From: Phoronis australis
Lineage: Eukaryota; Animalia; Phoronida
Length of the DNA stretch: 64,000 nucleotides
Assembly: GCA_002633005.1 (NCBI GenBank)
Contig: NMRA01000641.1
Location: 169,162-233,161, forward strand
Direction: 5' to 3'
This document shows, in pieces, positions 49,084 through 63,130 of this stretch (position 1 is the first letter of the stretch; each line of letters begins with the position of its first letter). Made by a program: the position numbers and the translations under genes. A model generated the notes under the pieces. It searched no databases. It was not told the origin of the DNA and was given only the letters and a program-made list of their open reading frames with translations.

Positions 49084-49346
49084 GGGTTAATCGTGGATTT
49101 TTCCTTAGTTGGGCGCCAATGTAGAAAATTTCTTGATGACCGGGACTCGAACCCGGGTTGCACGAGCGACAGTCAAGCATCAGTCAGGCAACTGCCTCTT
49201 GGCCGAATGGTTTAGATGCTTGACTGTCGCTCGTGCAACCCGGGTTCGAGTCCCGGTCATCAAGAAATTTTCTACATTGGCGCCCAACTAAGGAAAAATC
49301 CACGATTAACCCGGGTTCGAGTCCCGGTCATCACGAAATTTTCTAC
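49084..49346. repeat. Perfect 98-bp inverted repeat of a tRNA-derived element plus a partial third copy
   Basis: Arms 49084-49181 and 49215-49312, 33-bp loop; extra copy 49309-49346. Confidence 0.92.
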
Positions 49347-52300
49347 GTAGGTAGCTGTAAGCATGACATGGTAACATTTCTTCATTTTGGTTTAGTATAA
49401 ATATCGCCACAGATTAGAACGATCAGTGGAACCCTCAAACCTAAAAAAGATAAGTTAATGCTTTGCAACTACAAATGAACAATGATAGAATTTTTAAGTA
49501 GGCCACTTTGTTATCTGTTACTTCAGAAGTTGGTGTTACCGTACTTTTGATGCAGGTTGGACTGATCGATGTTATTAATCCCCCTCACACCAACAGTTAC
49601 CGGTACAAACGTTCCTATGATTATGTAGCTGTGGTTGCCGCTATTTAAACAGTCCAAATTATCGGTATCTCCATTTTTAGGCAGTCAATAATTACATATT
49701 GTGACACAAGTGTGACATAAAACAAAGAGAGACGTCATATTATTAAGTTAAGACCTTACACAGGTAAGCAAATGCGACTTCATAACTGTCTTGTGATTTC
49801 TTGTTTTCAAAGATGATCGTCGGTCACTTAGAACTTATTTTACATTTTGAATCCTTTAAAAAAGTTTATTCCCACCAATATTTGTTAGCGATTTAGTTTT
49901 CAGAGAATGAAGAAGTATGAGTTTTATTTCATTTATCGCGATAAACAAAGATGAATAAGAATAATCTCTGCAAGATTCCGATTTTTCTGTGTTTATTTTT
50001 CACGATCGGCCAACCTCAGCGTGTACATATTTACTGAATCAAATTTACACATACTGGTAAATTGATGGTTATATGTAATTTTCCAAATGAAATGCCGCTC
50101 ATGGGATATATGACGTAACAGTTGGCTGCAAACAGTAACAGCACAAAAATGGGGTGCTAAGTAGCTCAGTGGTTGCATCGGCATATTTTCGTCTGACGAT
50201 GACGACTGGGTATCAATCTGTGTTACCTCGGGTCAAACAGGTATTCCCTGGTGAACCGACATTTCACATCAAAATGTCTTATAATTTGAAGAACGCCACT
50301 TGACTGCACGCTAAAATACGTCACGAGAAGCAGCGCTTCACGCGGGTGATTTTTTGAGTTTCGTTAGAAAATATAAGTTTACTTTTTGCTGTTGAATTAT
50401 TTGTGAAATTAATCAACAACTCATAGAAAACTATGCATAGTTTATTCAGAATAAAATACAGTTCCATTTTAAGTCAGATTCTTGGAACAGGCCCCTGAAC
50501 CAGTTAACATGGACGGCGCATCATAGGGGGCTGGCAATAGCCCCCCACTTTTTTCAGTGCGGTGCCACCTATGGTCTATGGGCGGTGCACCACAGGAGGG
50601 CTGGGAGGCTATAGCCCCACTTTTTTCAGTGGTCCGCCACCCATGGTTACGCGCGTGTGTTTAGTGTGTGAATGAAGATTTTCCTACAAAAAAACTATAC
50701 AGGGGGTATAAAAGTAACGTAAGAAACTGCCACAAGATCCACGGAAGGGGTCCAGGGAAGGGGACCGTGGAAGAGGTCCAGGGGGTCCGGCACCCCCTTC
50801 TTTTTAGCCAAAGCATCAGAAATATATGGTTTCTGTTTTTTTTTCATTCATATAAACCGCTGAGCGTAAAAGACTGGTGGATCCGCCGGAGAAATACGTA
50901 GATAAATAAATCACCTTGGAATGGAGTAGACGGAGCATCGTCTCAAAAACTTCGATAGTAATTTCGTCGATTTTGGAGAGTAAAAATGAACCCTAAAGTC
51001 AAGATTCACTTTATTAGTGCCAAGTTTGGGGAAATTTCACTATATTAGCAAAAGACATGTTTTGAATGATCACTTTTATTTGAAATGGTGAGATTCCGGA
51101 GTCCCTGGTACACTGTCCTTGTTGAAACACAGGCACTCGAGTTTTTGGTGGCTGCCCTCTCCCTCAGCAAACAAATGATATAGAACTTATCGAATTTCAA
51201 CAAAGTCAAAAGTTCACCAAAACGTCAATTTCTTAGGGCATTTCAGATTGGCAAAGTTCTCCAGTGCACTTTGGTTTTAATTGGTAGAAAATCATCTATG
51301 AATTACGGGATTTTCGTAGATACATGAACGTAAAAATCAGAAACCAATTAACGCGTGCAGGTTTGCAGAAAGAAGAAAAAAAATTGATATTTTGTGGCAT
51401 CACATGGCAACAGGATATTAAAACTAAAGGAACACACAGCACGTCTTTTGAGTTAACTGCAGCTTGTTGATCAGTTACGAGACTTTTTCAAATCTTTAAT
51501 TTACTGGTATGGAACTTTGGGCGATTTCCATATGACATGCGTGCGGAAAAGTATGGGAGATGGTTGAACGAAGGGATTGGAAGGCCAATACCGAGAAACG
51601 TAATAATAACGTGAATTCTTGTTCATTCTAGTGGCAACCTGGTACAATTTTTGAATTAAAGGTCTCATATTTATTGAATTAATCAAAAATTGTACAGCGC
51701 GCATAAATGAGGGGAAAGAACAGCAGTTGATATTCGTAATTTGTAGTTTACATGTAAGTTATGTAGCATTTTATGACACCTACTCTAAAAATATATGAAC
51801 GGACTCGTCATACTCGAGTTTCGCGTGACTGTCCGAACTCGTCATGAGCAACTGTACGGTTTCGTGTTGAGCCGGTGGTGTTTTCAACTCATAGTTGTCG
51901 TCTAGTCATACCTCATTACCTTCAGAAAGTAACTCTTTCCTATACATATAAACCAGTATTTTACTAAGAAATGTCAAATGACTCTGCAATCGGATTCCCA
52001 AAAACTTGCTGTCCGACTTACTGCACAGACTATATCTCCCAGAAATAACAGAGATTTGTTGGTTTCAACCATGTAAACCACGTAAATTGCCCAACAGTAA
52101 ACTTCAAAGATTAACCGACTGTTGCAACGAGTTCGAACTAGAGGGAATATTTAAAATTCACGTACAACAGACCGCAAGGTTTGGCTCCAGAACGACGCAT
52201 TACACTGATTTTCACATTTGGTATATGTAGGACCGCCCATCTCCTTGAATTTCTCCAGTGCTAGTTCACGTCCCTTCTTAGTGGGACTAACTCTTACAAT

Positions 52301-53853
52301 CTCAGTTACAAAACGTCGCATATTTTGTGTATAGGCCTACATTCTTTCAACTCCAAGTGCAGATGGGGTGGGGATTTGTTAAAATATTGGTCCTAAATGG
52401 TCTGCAGTTGTAACAAATTTCTCAATTCTTCTACTTTCTTTGTTGTCCGTCTTTCAAATTTGGTTCATCCAATGAGCTATACCTGGTATAGCTCATTGGT
52501 TCATCTTAGCCGAACAGGGCACGCTGTCTACCCGTTTCAGTTTTCCAGACATTTATCTTATTGCCGTCAAAGCTCAAGTGACACGCACTGGCTTTGTGAA
52601 CGATATCAACAGGTTCATGAATAATTCCAGGAGTTATTGACTTATCCACTTTTGACGCAGGCAGTTGCTTTATTGGCACGGCAAAGTTTATTTTCGATTC
52701 TAACGAGTCTCCGCCAGATTTCATTCCGATATGCGGTTTGAACCCTCACATGAATCTCAATTTTTTTCCGTGGAAAAGTTTGTATCCGATCGGCCAAAAC
52801 TTTACAAGGTCGTTCGAGTTCCTCATTGTTACGGTGTTGTCGAGGGTAACATTTGTGCCACATCTAAAAACAGTAAGGACACTGTATTGTTTAAGGGGAA
52901 CGTGCCATCATCTATCATCCTATTAAAGTTGACCCAAGACTAAGTCTGACTTCCCTAGTGTTGTGGTGTGACGTCACATATTTCTTTTATTGCACTGTAT
53001 TCTCGTGCTAAATCTGTCTCTATATCCTTAGCACTCTGTCGCTCGGTGTATTCTTCACGATCTTTGCCTTCTCGTTCTACTTTTGACTTCTTCATGAATG
53101 GATACTCAGTGGCGGATCTACGTTTTCAGTAAGGGGGGAGGGTTAGGATTCCCGCAAATTCAAGGTAGAATCCGAGGCGCGTGGCGCCGAGAAGGGGGAG
53201 GTCGGAACCCCCCTCCCATGTAAGACAATTTTTTGTTTTTGTAGCCAAATAGTGAAATTTCCATGCATCCTGGTAAGTTTCTGGCACTTAACATGTCTCT
53301 TGAGTTTTTCTTAAGATAATTTAAATCCCTTCTCGATTTCGTGGCTCATAAGTTTCGTGAAACCATATTTGTGCACATCTGGGTATGAGTCACGCCACCA
53401 GCAAAAATTTTTGTTGGAACATCTGCTTATACACACCTTCTTAGCATACGAAAAGTTGTGTATGAAAAGGTGTGGGTGTGGGGCTTAGACAACTACCAAA
53501 TATTCAAGAGCATAAGGAGCACCGACGCGGCGTAAAAAAATGAATATCAGATGATCGCGTAACAGCAGCCTCAAGTTGTTTAAGAACGAAGACCTGTACT
53601 GTTAGTCCGGAAATAAACACGGGTTCTGTCTCGTTACGAGAAAAACTGGAGAACGATGGTGCTCTCAGCTCATAGTCTATTATTAAAAGCGACAATAAAC
53701 AATAAGTATCACTTTATTAAGCCGACTCACGTTGACAACAATTGAAAAACGTCAAATGTATCAGGAAACAAATCATCTGAAAACGGTTTCACGAAACCAA
53801 AACATTCTGTACATCGTGGTGAAAAGATATACAGAACCAGTTCGCAGAGGGAC

Positions 53854-54764
53854 CTGGGCCCGGTCTCCAATCTCCGTACTCAGACTCGAATCATGCTCAA
53901 ACTCACACTTCATACTCAACTCGAGTACAGACTCAGCTTTGGTGTATTCAATATCATACTCGAAAAATCTGTACTCGAAATTTCGAGCACGTACTCAGTT
54001 TTCGAGTGTACTCGAACTGAAGTGTATCTCATCCATATTTCGAGTACGATTTTGAGTAAAAATTCGGAGTCTATGCTCTAATTTCAAGTTTGGTATGGCA
54101 GTGTGCTTGAAATCGTACTCGAAAATAAATACGAGCCAGAGAACAAAATATTGAAAGGGANNNNNNNNNNNNNNNNNNNNNNNNNNNNNNNNNNNNNNNN
54201 NNNNNNNNNNNNNNNNNNNNNNNNNNNNNNNNNNNNNNNNNNNNNNNNNNNNNNNNNNNNNNNNNNNNNNNNNNNNNNNNNNNNNNNNNNNNNNNNNNNN
54301 NNNNNNNNNNNNNNNNNNNNNNNNNNNNNNNNNNNNNNNNNNNNNNNNNNNNNNNNNNNNNNNNNNNNNNNNNNNNNNTTGCCAAGTGTATCAAAGAAAT
54401 GGCATAAGAATATTTATTGAAACTAAAAAATGAATAACAGTTACAGAACACTCAAAATTCCACGTTATAGACATACTCTTGTAGTTGTAGCGACAGCAGA
54501 CGATAATGTAGGCCTAGTTCTTGGGGTGGTCTATTCCAATAGGAAGCGATGAATCAGCGCGGCTTTGCGTGATTTTGCATTTCACATCATAAAGAGTTCC
54601 ATAGTAACTCGAGTATGAGTGTCAGATTTGAGTACGTTTGGAGTCTACTCGAAATCCGACATTAGATACGCTTTTTTGAGTACGACTCCAGTGAGCACGA
54701 TTTTGAGTATGAAATCTCGAGTATGAGTATGAGTCTGAGTACGGAGATTGGAGACCGGGCCCAG
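53854..54764. mobile_element. Harbinger-like MITE spanning an assembly gap
   Basis: 34-bp inverted ends ctgggcccggtctccaatctccgtactcagactc / gagtctgagtacggagattggagaccgggcccag; many ACTCGA/CGAGTA subterminal motifs. Confidence 0.8.
54161..54378. other. Assembly gap (N run)
   Basis: Run of n characters. Confidence 0.99.
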
Positions 54765-55364
54765 ATGTACACTGAGAGTACAAAAAAGGCTGGCCTGGTC
54801 CGTCACGAGACCAAAAATACACCTGTGCTTATTATCCCTATAAAATTGTCGATCCGTCGCGGGACCAAACAGTACTGGCTGAGATAAATAGTTTTACAAA
54901 GCACACTTTGGTGAAAAACATCACAAGACTGGTTCGCCGAGGGACCACAAGTACACTGAAACTCAATATCAACACAAATCAAGCTGGCCTGGTCCGTCGC
55001 GATACCTAAAGCGTACTATGCAAAAAAAATTTGAATTGAAAACTTCTCTTTAGACAGTTTTTAATGCCCAGTGGTTGCTCATAGTGCTGCGAGAGGTTGT
55101 CTAGAGAGGGTTTTCGCACTCTCTGGAAGAAACAAGTATTGAGTACAAATTTAACAACGCACTACATGAAATAGATTTTGGATATGAAGCAGATAGAGCC
55201 AAGTGGAAATACAAACCAGAATCAGTTTCTGTGCGCTCGTAGACCTTCTACTGTACTGCGTAAATTTGGCACGACCAAAAATAATTTCTGTTTCGTTTTC
55301 ATTGTACACAAGCATAAAAAACCGACATTAGGCCTATGTAAAAACTGTGTAGAATTATAACTTA

Positions 55365-55760
55365 TTACGTGGGTGTTTCTCCAGGAACGTTAGTCCTATC
55401 CTGATGTTGTCTGGACTGCCGAGGAATCTGTATATCGGATCCAATGGTTTGCTTGTCTTGGAACCATTCTACCCAGACATCTTCGATGTTTGTTCCCAAC
55501 GCTTGCACTTCGTCAACTGCTGTGTCAATGAGCTTGTAAGCCTCTACAACTGATGTCAGCATCTCGTTTCGCAGCTCAATTGGCACTAAGCTCCCTGAGG
55601 TTGCCAAGTCCATTCAAAAGACTTACATGCGCAACTAAGTTTGATCCGTTCATCATGAACTACTTCAAACCTAGACGATGTATCCCACGGGACCTATTTG
55701 CATCTCTTGCCATTTTCGGAATAAACGTCCCAATGTCTGAACGCTAACATCTGATAAATG
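55365..55760 (-). pseudogene. hAT transposase remnant (ZMYM1/P52rIPK-like)
   Basis: ..VVEAYKLIDTAVDEVQAL..WF...IQIPRQSRQHQDRTNVPGETP resembles the PR...Q..R.N.P..TP segment of these transposases. Confidence 0.55.
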
Positions 55761-56324
55761 TCCATGGGCATGGGCGTTTCATCGGGTGGGCCTTTCTGCG
55801 GAAATTCCCAGTATAGAAGACGGTAGTGATGCTTATTGCAGGTAGAAAGACGGTAGGTGTTGAGGTCGGAAATAGACCTCCTTAGGAGCTCTATTGAACA
55901 TCGCGCGAGTCCCGCAAGACTGCTGTGAAAATACAGCCTCCCCGCAATTTCTTGTACTGTACACTGTTCGCGAATGCGGTCACTTTGTCAATGTGAGTGC
56001 CCCCTTGGTCATTCCTTGTATAGACATAACTTGTTAGAGTGTATCTTCAAACGGACTCGCGAGCAGACGACGGCGCCCGCGACAATAGCAATTCTTCAGA
56101 AAATATTACATGTACACTGTGATATTGCGCAAGACAACTTTACTATACACCAGTCAAATTCGAGTTACAAACGTGTGTGTGTACTGGAATGACACGGCAT
56201 GACAGATGAGGTAAAAACGTTGCACGTCAATTCGCCTGAATATCAGAGTTGCGGCACCGCAGTAAAACATATCTAAAGTAAAGAAGCTAGCTAGCTACAG
56301 AAATCAGCTATAGAGCTGCTCTTT

Positions 56325-56650
56325 CAGCGGTGGATCCATTTAAAATGCTTGGCTACTTCAGAAGTGTCGACGGAAGCGCTTGCACACATGATCTCCGCGC
56401 GTTTTGCCGATGAGCCACGAAGACTCGAAATGCGTTGATTTTCCTAACAGCAATTCGCAATGAAAAAAAATTATATTTTCAGAGTGAACCCCTCCCCTCC
56501 CCTCAATTTTTTCCAAGTTGTTTTACTTGGGGTTTACACACGCTGGCGGTGTCGTTTTTGTTTTCCTGGAGACGTTTTTTGTTTTTTTATTTTGGGTCCT
56601 GGCCCAAGGAGGGGTTTAAACCCCCTGAACCCCCCGTAGATCCGCCACTC
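56325..56650. mobile_element. Short CAG(T/C)GGCGGATC-type MITE; related single ends near 20260, 53107 and 57810
   Basis: cagcggtggatcc ... cccccgtagatccgccactc. Confidence 0.6.
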
Positions 56651-58145
56651 GACACTTCAGTGTGACTAAACTCTTCTTCTCGTGTAGATATTTTTTGCTT
56701 GACCTGGTTTCGCAGCTCTCCTCCAGTGTAGGGAATGCACCCATATTTTTTACCCTGAAACATTCCAATCAGCTGTGTTGATGCATTGTTAGTTACATGC
56801 ACCTAATCCTTACTACTTGATCCCCGTGATCTGATGCCGTGGCCAATTACTGACTTTAATTCAGCAGGGCAAATTAAGTCAGTGAGTGATCTGTGTCGGC
56901 CAACACAGAAGTAACAAAGTTGAAGTTGGTTGATCGGAAAAAAGTATAAAATGTTTTCACATCGATTTCACTCTGTCCACAATAGTTAATGACAATGCCC
57001 TAATACTTCCTAGGCTACCAGTGTCAGTCTCACTTTAATTATACACCATTTAAAAACTACACCCAGTCTTTCTCAATTAAGTCACTTATCAGACTATACC
57101 CCTTGATCGAGAACTATTGGTAATTATAAAGTTAAACTAACTATTCTGGCTAAAATTTCACTAATTTTTGACTAGCTCACTCTCGCGTACAGTAGTGGCT
57201 CAGGCGAGTCCCGGCATACAGTCGTTTGTCTGACTTTGTTTGACACTTTCTATGTCTTTGTTAATCAAGCATACTTTCAGTTCGGAAACTTTTGCAGCAC
57301 ATGCACATCTTCATAAAATATCACTTACAGTAGGCCTGTGAAATGTATTAAGTCAACGACATAATGCATCATTTTATAACAAATTTCACCGATATTCTTG
57401 ATTTTTTCAGTTCACAGCACCATGGCTATCAAGTCCCACTGGGCGGTCATTGCTGTTCACATAGGCTAACGTGAGAAGCTTTCAGCACTTACCACTTCAT
57501 AGCTACTGTTTCTAATTACATATAGGATCGATTTCTACATTTTAAAGTCAATTTTGTTCGGCTGGTGTTTTATTCCTGCAATTCATTGCTCATGACGACG
57601 TCGTACTTCTCATGACCAGGCAAACCATGGGCGGCGCAGCACTGAAAAAATTAGTGGAGGGGCTAAAGGCCCCCTCAGCCCTCCCCCCGTGGTTAACCGC
57701 CTCAGTAGAACATGTGCGGCGTAGCACTCAAGAAAGTGGGGGGATATAGCCCCTCCAGTCCGCGATAGTGCGCTGCCCATGAATACAGGCCCCACTTCGC
57801 GAATCCGCGCCACTGTATGATGATTATCATGCGCGCACCCAGGGTGGGCTCATAGGGCTCGAACGAGCCCCCCAATTTGGCGAAGTGAACAAAAAGGTCC
57901 GCCTCCGAGAGACAAAAAGTCCGAGAAAATGAGGCATAAGTCCATAAAACATGCGCAAACGCGCACAGTGGTGCTCCCGTTGCTGTTTTTTTTTAGTCCG
58001 TCCACTGTTTTTGTTGCCAAAAGGTTCACGAAGTCAGGAATTCGAGTCCCCGGCCGCCCCATAATTGAAGGCTGAGTGCGCGCATGTGTGCTGCGCGTTT
58101 TGTTGATCTGCGCTATATGCGGATGACGTCATCAAAACCGGGGTA

Positions 58146-60057
58146 GGGGAGAGTTACCGGTTCCGTCCGTACCAGTATTTTCCCGAACAGAAAACCAAGC
58201 AAAATGTCGATCAGACAACCCGGTGAAAAACGGTGAGCATTTTCCACTTTTTTGACAAGTTGATGTAAATTTTAGCTCCCATGAATAGTGTGATAAGACA
58301 ACAACAAGTATAGCAAATGACTGAACCGATGTGCCATCTGATAGCTCATTCTCATCTCTTTGTATGGTGTTATTTCTGGTTGCCAAATCCCGTGCCAAAT
58401 ATTTTCAGCCCACGTGTTTGAAAATAGGTCAGTGTCACGAGTGTCGTACCACTACAGGTCAGGGGTATGGTACCCGGGGTACGGTACATGTAACCAAGAG
58501 GTACGATACACAAAACGTGATACGAGTAGGTATTGTGTTGTTTTTCTTGCTTTTTAGTGCTATTTTTTTTACTTTCAGGAAAATGCCATCGCTGTCGTCA
58601 TGGACATCTTAGGATATTCAGAACTGTCTCAAAACTATGGATGAAGGATTGGGATTTAACGCTGCTTCTAAGCTATTTGGTATTCCAAAGCTAACTATTT
58701 TGCCTGCATGGGTCTGAATAAGTACGCAAAACAAGTTACGCGGAGGCCCAAAAGTTTTGCCTACAGAAAGAGAAGCTGATTTGGTAGAACACATAAAAGG
58801 TCTTGACAATCTTTTTTTTTGGTATCACACCAAAAGATCTTATGAAACTTGCATATCAATTGGCAAAATCCCATGGCATCCATAAATTTAGCGAAACAAA
58901 ACAGTCTGCCAATAAAACCTGGCACTACAGCTTTATGAGACGACAACCAGAACTCAGTCTGCGCACCCCAGAAGCTACATCTACTGGTTTCAACCTCCGA
59001 GCTGTTTCAGATTTCTTCGATAAATATTACGTCGAGCTAATTGAATTACACAGATTTACTGCTGACAAGAGTGTTTAATATGGATGAAACTGGACATTCT
59101 ACCATGCAAAGGCCATCGAAAGTGATCTCAACGAAAGGGAAACGCCAAGTTGGAGCAGCAACAACCACTGAACGAGGAACAAATACTACTGGTGTCCACT
59201 GTCATTCTGCCATTGACCAATACATCCCTCCGATGCTCATCTTCAAGAGGAAAAGACTGTGTGATTCCTTGAAAGTTGATGTACCCACTGGTACAATTTT
59301 TGCCTGCACTAATTCAGGATGGATTGACTCTATAGTTTTCATTGAATGGCTTCGTCATTTTATCCGATCAGTGAATGCGTCAGTTGAAAATAAAGTCCTT
59401 CTTCTACTCCACGGACATGCATCCCACACAAAAAACCTTGACGCCATTAAGTTAGCGCCGGCAAATGGTGTTTTCATTTTCTCCTTCCCCAATCACACAA
59501 CGCACAGGCTCCAACCCTTAGATGTTAGCTTTTTTAAGTCATAATTGTGATTCCGATGGAGACTCTGAGTAACCTACATAAACCTGGCAATTTAAGTTTG
59601 TTACATAAGTGTAGTTGACTGATCCATTTTGTTATCTTTAAGTGTTGGTTTGTTCGCACATATTTATAAAGACGTCTATTAGCATTAGAGTCATAGGGAA
59701 ATGCTGTTTCTTGTAATATGTTTCTATGTGGCCAATAAAAGGTTTGACTGTTTGCACTGTTTCTTTGTTCATCTTTGCTTGGTGAAATAGACGTAGTTAT
59801 TAGTATAGTACCACTGGTACGATTCTGATGTCTGACAGGTACGAATTACAAAACCGGTCATGTGAATCGTACTTTTATTGACTTTTCTACAACCGTGTTT
59901 TGCAGCTAAAACATAATCATTATTCTTCTAAATCACATGTGCGGTTATACGTGTGAAGCCACTTAAGGCTATGAGATAGCTCCCGATTCCGTGGCTAGTT
60001 CAGCGTGGCGTACAGAGGGGTGCATCCTTAAGTGGTACGAAACCAGTAACTTTCCCA
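58146..60057 (+). mobile_element. pogo/Tigger-like Tc1/mariner DNA transposon with a disrupted transposase (about 58583-59545)
   Basis: TA|GGGGAGAGTTACCGGTT..GTACCA ... TGGTACGAAACCAGTAACTTTCCCA|TA; HTH_psq (AASKLFGIPK), CENP-B-like HTH, DDE_1 motifs FNMDETG, LLLHGHASH, THRLQPLDV. Confidence 0.9.
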
Positions 60058-62097
60058 TATACGCCAATTTTCAAAACCATACTTAGAATGGTTTGGTTGA
60101 TAGAGGCTGGGGTAGATGCCAAAAAACAGACTGAAAACAGCTAAAATGGCCACTAGGTGGCGCAAAATACCTTGATTCCATCCGAAGACAAGTGGATAGC
60201 GTCATCTCACCAATAGATGCCCGTATTCAAAATTTTATGAAAATCTGTTGAGGACCTTTGAAGATACAGAGGTAAACGTAAAACTAAAATTGCCACCAGG
60301 GGACACACCAGTAGTCAGATCCATCTGAAAATCATCGTCGTCAGTTGTCAACATCATATAAACACACTTATCAAATGTAGTGAAGATCCTGCAAACGGTA
60401 TAGGAGATACAGATATGGGCGCAAAAAACAAAATTGCCACTAGGAGGTCATCGGAAAATCATCGGCAGCTGTCCACTTCACAGTAAAAACCTACATGCCA
60501 ATTTTCACAATTGACCTATCGCAAGCTCCGCCCCTATGCGAAAAGTCACGTGATACCCGACATTNTTTGACATAATTAATATTGATCACAAGTGGAGTGT
60601 TCTCCAGAGCGTTGTGTGTGAAGATTCCAGTTCGTGTGAAAGATTGGTAAGTTCTGGGGTTATTCACTGCAATGAAAAAGTGTCTGATTCAGTTAAGTCG
60701 TTCTTTAATGGCCACAAGGAACTCGTTTTAGTGGACCTTTTCAGAGTAGGTGATCACAGTTTGGCGAGATGTGCCGTTTCGACGTGGCCGCGAGGTTGGC
60801 GTACGTGAACTTGGAATCCTGCTTAATTTCAAGATTAAGCGGAAGTGAGTGTTGCGTGAACTCGGAACTCCAAGATCACTTGCGTGATCATGAGATTAAG
60901 CCAAACCCCATGCGTGAACTTGAAATATTGCGTGAACGTGGAATTAAGCGGCTACCCAGTCACAGAACAAGGGGTTTGGACTGAAATCATTACAGAACCC
61001 GTAGGCTACGGTGAGAAGAGAGTTCTTCTTCAAAAAAGATCGAGACAAAGCACCCGTGGTCAGGTCATGATTACTGGTTAGTACCGAAGGATTTGAGTGA
61101 TGATCACCAGTGGACTGTAATATGTTCCATCAGTGATGTACCGCCAAGGTCGCAGCTGGTGGCCTCACGACTATACAGTGGCTTTTTGAGTCACAGGCCT
61201 ATTATTTTCTGTGTTGTACTGTTGCTGTCTATTCCAATATTAAGATAAAGCCTGATGTTTGAAATAAGTGCCTGGTTGTGAGAAGTGAAATATTTAAGTA
61301 TTATCTCGAAGGCAAAGGATCTTTAAACACTGAGCTGTTTTATTGTGTATTAGATATCTTTGACTTTGTAAAGGCCTTGGTTAAACTTGAAATAATTCAA
61401 TTTCTCCTATAGTAAAAATCGTGTGGTAAACCAAACATCACCTGAATGGTTGCAACGGCATTGTAAATGCGTTTTCTGTTACTTTTGAAACAGCTTCCTT
61501 ATGAAAAAGCTTCAGGAAATTCTAATCCCGTAAGATTCCAGCGAGAATCTAACTAATTAAGATGCCATTTAAATTAGTGAGAAAACAATTCTCACTCTAG
61601 TGAGAATACAGTGATATTCCAGTTAGAATTCAGTGAGAATCTAACTAATTTGCATAGACCCTATTCACGCCGACAGGAGGGGCATTCCAAAACGAGGCTC
61701 GCTACGATAGCTCTGTTAGCTTATCGGCATAGTTCTGTGTTTCAGACCGTGTAGTGTTCCGCGAACGGCTAGAAAAAATACGGACACGCCATGCTATGAA
61801 CACTCCCACTAAATAAGATTGGTCCTAACCCCAATGGTCAAGGTAAACGGTGGGGTTTGGAAAATTGAACTAGACCGTATTTATCCACCTTGGCTGAGTC
61901 GCGCTCGGCTCACGATCAAAGGGATGCCGTCAAGCTGCTCTATTCATCGAGTCACGAGCGAGAATAATTGGCTTTGCTCTCGCCGATATGATCAGCTGAT
62001 TACAATCTAGCTAGCAGATTGTACTTTTTATGGAGAGAGTTTTACGTAGTTTTACTGTAATATTTGAAAAGAGGAGCGAAAACAAATATGAGTACAN

Positions 62098-62272
62098 TTT
62101 CTACAACCGTGTTTTGCAGCTAAAACATAATCATTATTCTTCTAAATCACATGTGCGGTTATACGTGTGAAGCACTTAAGGCTATGAGGTAGCTCCCGAT
62201 TCCGTGGCTAGTTCAGCGTAGCGTACAGAGGGGTGCATCCTTAACTTTGGTACGAAACCAGTAACTTTCCCC
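62098..62272 (+). mobile_element. Second copy of the pogo-like element's right end
   Basis: Near-identical to 59883-60057, ends ACTTTCCCC|TA; starts at an n. Confidence 0.85.
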
Positions 62273-62377
62273 TAAATCAATATACTGCGGAGGCCCGTTT
62301 GTAGATTCCTAAAACGCGCAACACTTTAGGAATCGTGCCGATTTACGGGTAATAGAACAGGAAATGCTTCGTATGAT

Positions 62378-63130
62378 AATATAGGAATCCCGATTTTTGA
62401 ACGAATTTTCCTTCAAATATTCTTTAAAACGCCTATCAGGCTCAGATTCCCACAACGCGCAAGCTTGCGCAATATAGGAATCCTGATTTTTAACGAGTTT
62501 TCCCTCAAATATTCTTTAAAATTCCTATCAGACTCAGATTCCTATAACGCGCAGGCTTGCGCAATATAGGAATTCCAATTTTTTGCGAGTTTTCCCTCAA
62601 ATATTCTTTAAAACGCCTATCAGGCCCAGATTTCCGTAACGCGCAAGCTTGCGCGTTATAGGAATCCCGATTTTTGAACGAATTTTCACTCAAATATTCT
62701 TTAAAACGCCTATCACCTTCAGAATCTCATAACGCACAGGCTTGCGCGTTATAGGAATCCCAATTTTTTAACGAGTTTTCCCCCAAGTATTCTTTAAAAT
62801 TCCTATCAGACTCAGATTCCTATAACGCGCAGGCTTGCGCAATATAGGAATCCCGATTTTTTACCTGTTTTCCTTCAAATAATCTTTAAAATGCCAATCG
62901 GTCTCTGATTCCCATAACGCGCAGGCTTGCGCAATATAGGAATCCCGATTTTTGAACGAATTTTCCCTCAAATAATCTTTAAAACGCCTATCAGGCTCAG
63001 ACTTCCAAAACGCACAAGCTTGCGCAATATAGCAATCCTGATTTAACGAGTTTTCCCTCAAATATTCTTTAAAATTCCTATCAGATTCAGATTCCTATAA
63101 CCCGCAGGCTTGCGCAATATAGGAATCCCG
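62378..63130. repeat. Tandem repeat of about 92 bp, about 8 copies
   Basis: ataggaatcccgatttt..aacga.ttttccctcaaatattctttaaaa..cctatcag.ctcagattcc.ataacgcgcaggcttgcgcaat. Confidence 0.95.

Noticed and set aside
49194-49270. Functional tRNA gene (also considered at 22423-22495, 28585-28652, 36611-36665 and 48790-48860)
   Set aside because: A and B boxes are present, but acceptor and anticodon stems do not pair properly and all copies sit inside repeats.
62098-62272. Composite transposon using a second right TIR to carry 60058-62097
   Set aside because: The duplicate starts exactly at an n and another n lies at about 60565, so contig-join artefacts cannot be excluded.
62378-63130. Retrozyme-like tandem repeat with a ribozyme
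   Set aside because: No CUGANGA...GAAA hammerhead core was seen on either strand; treated as an ordinary satellite.
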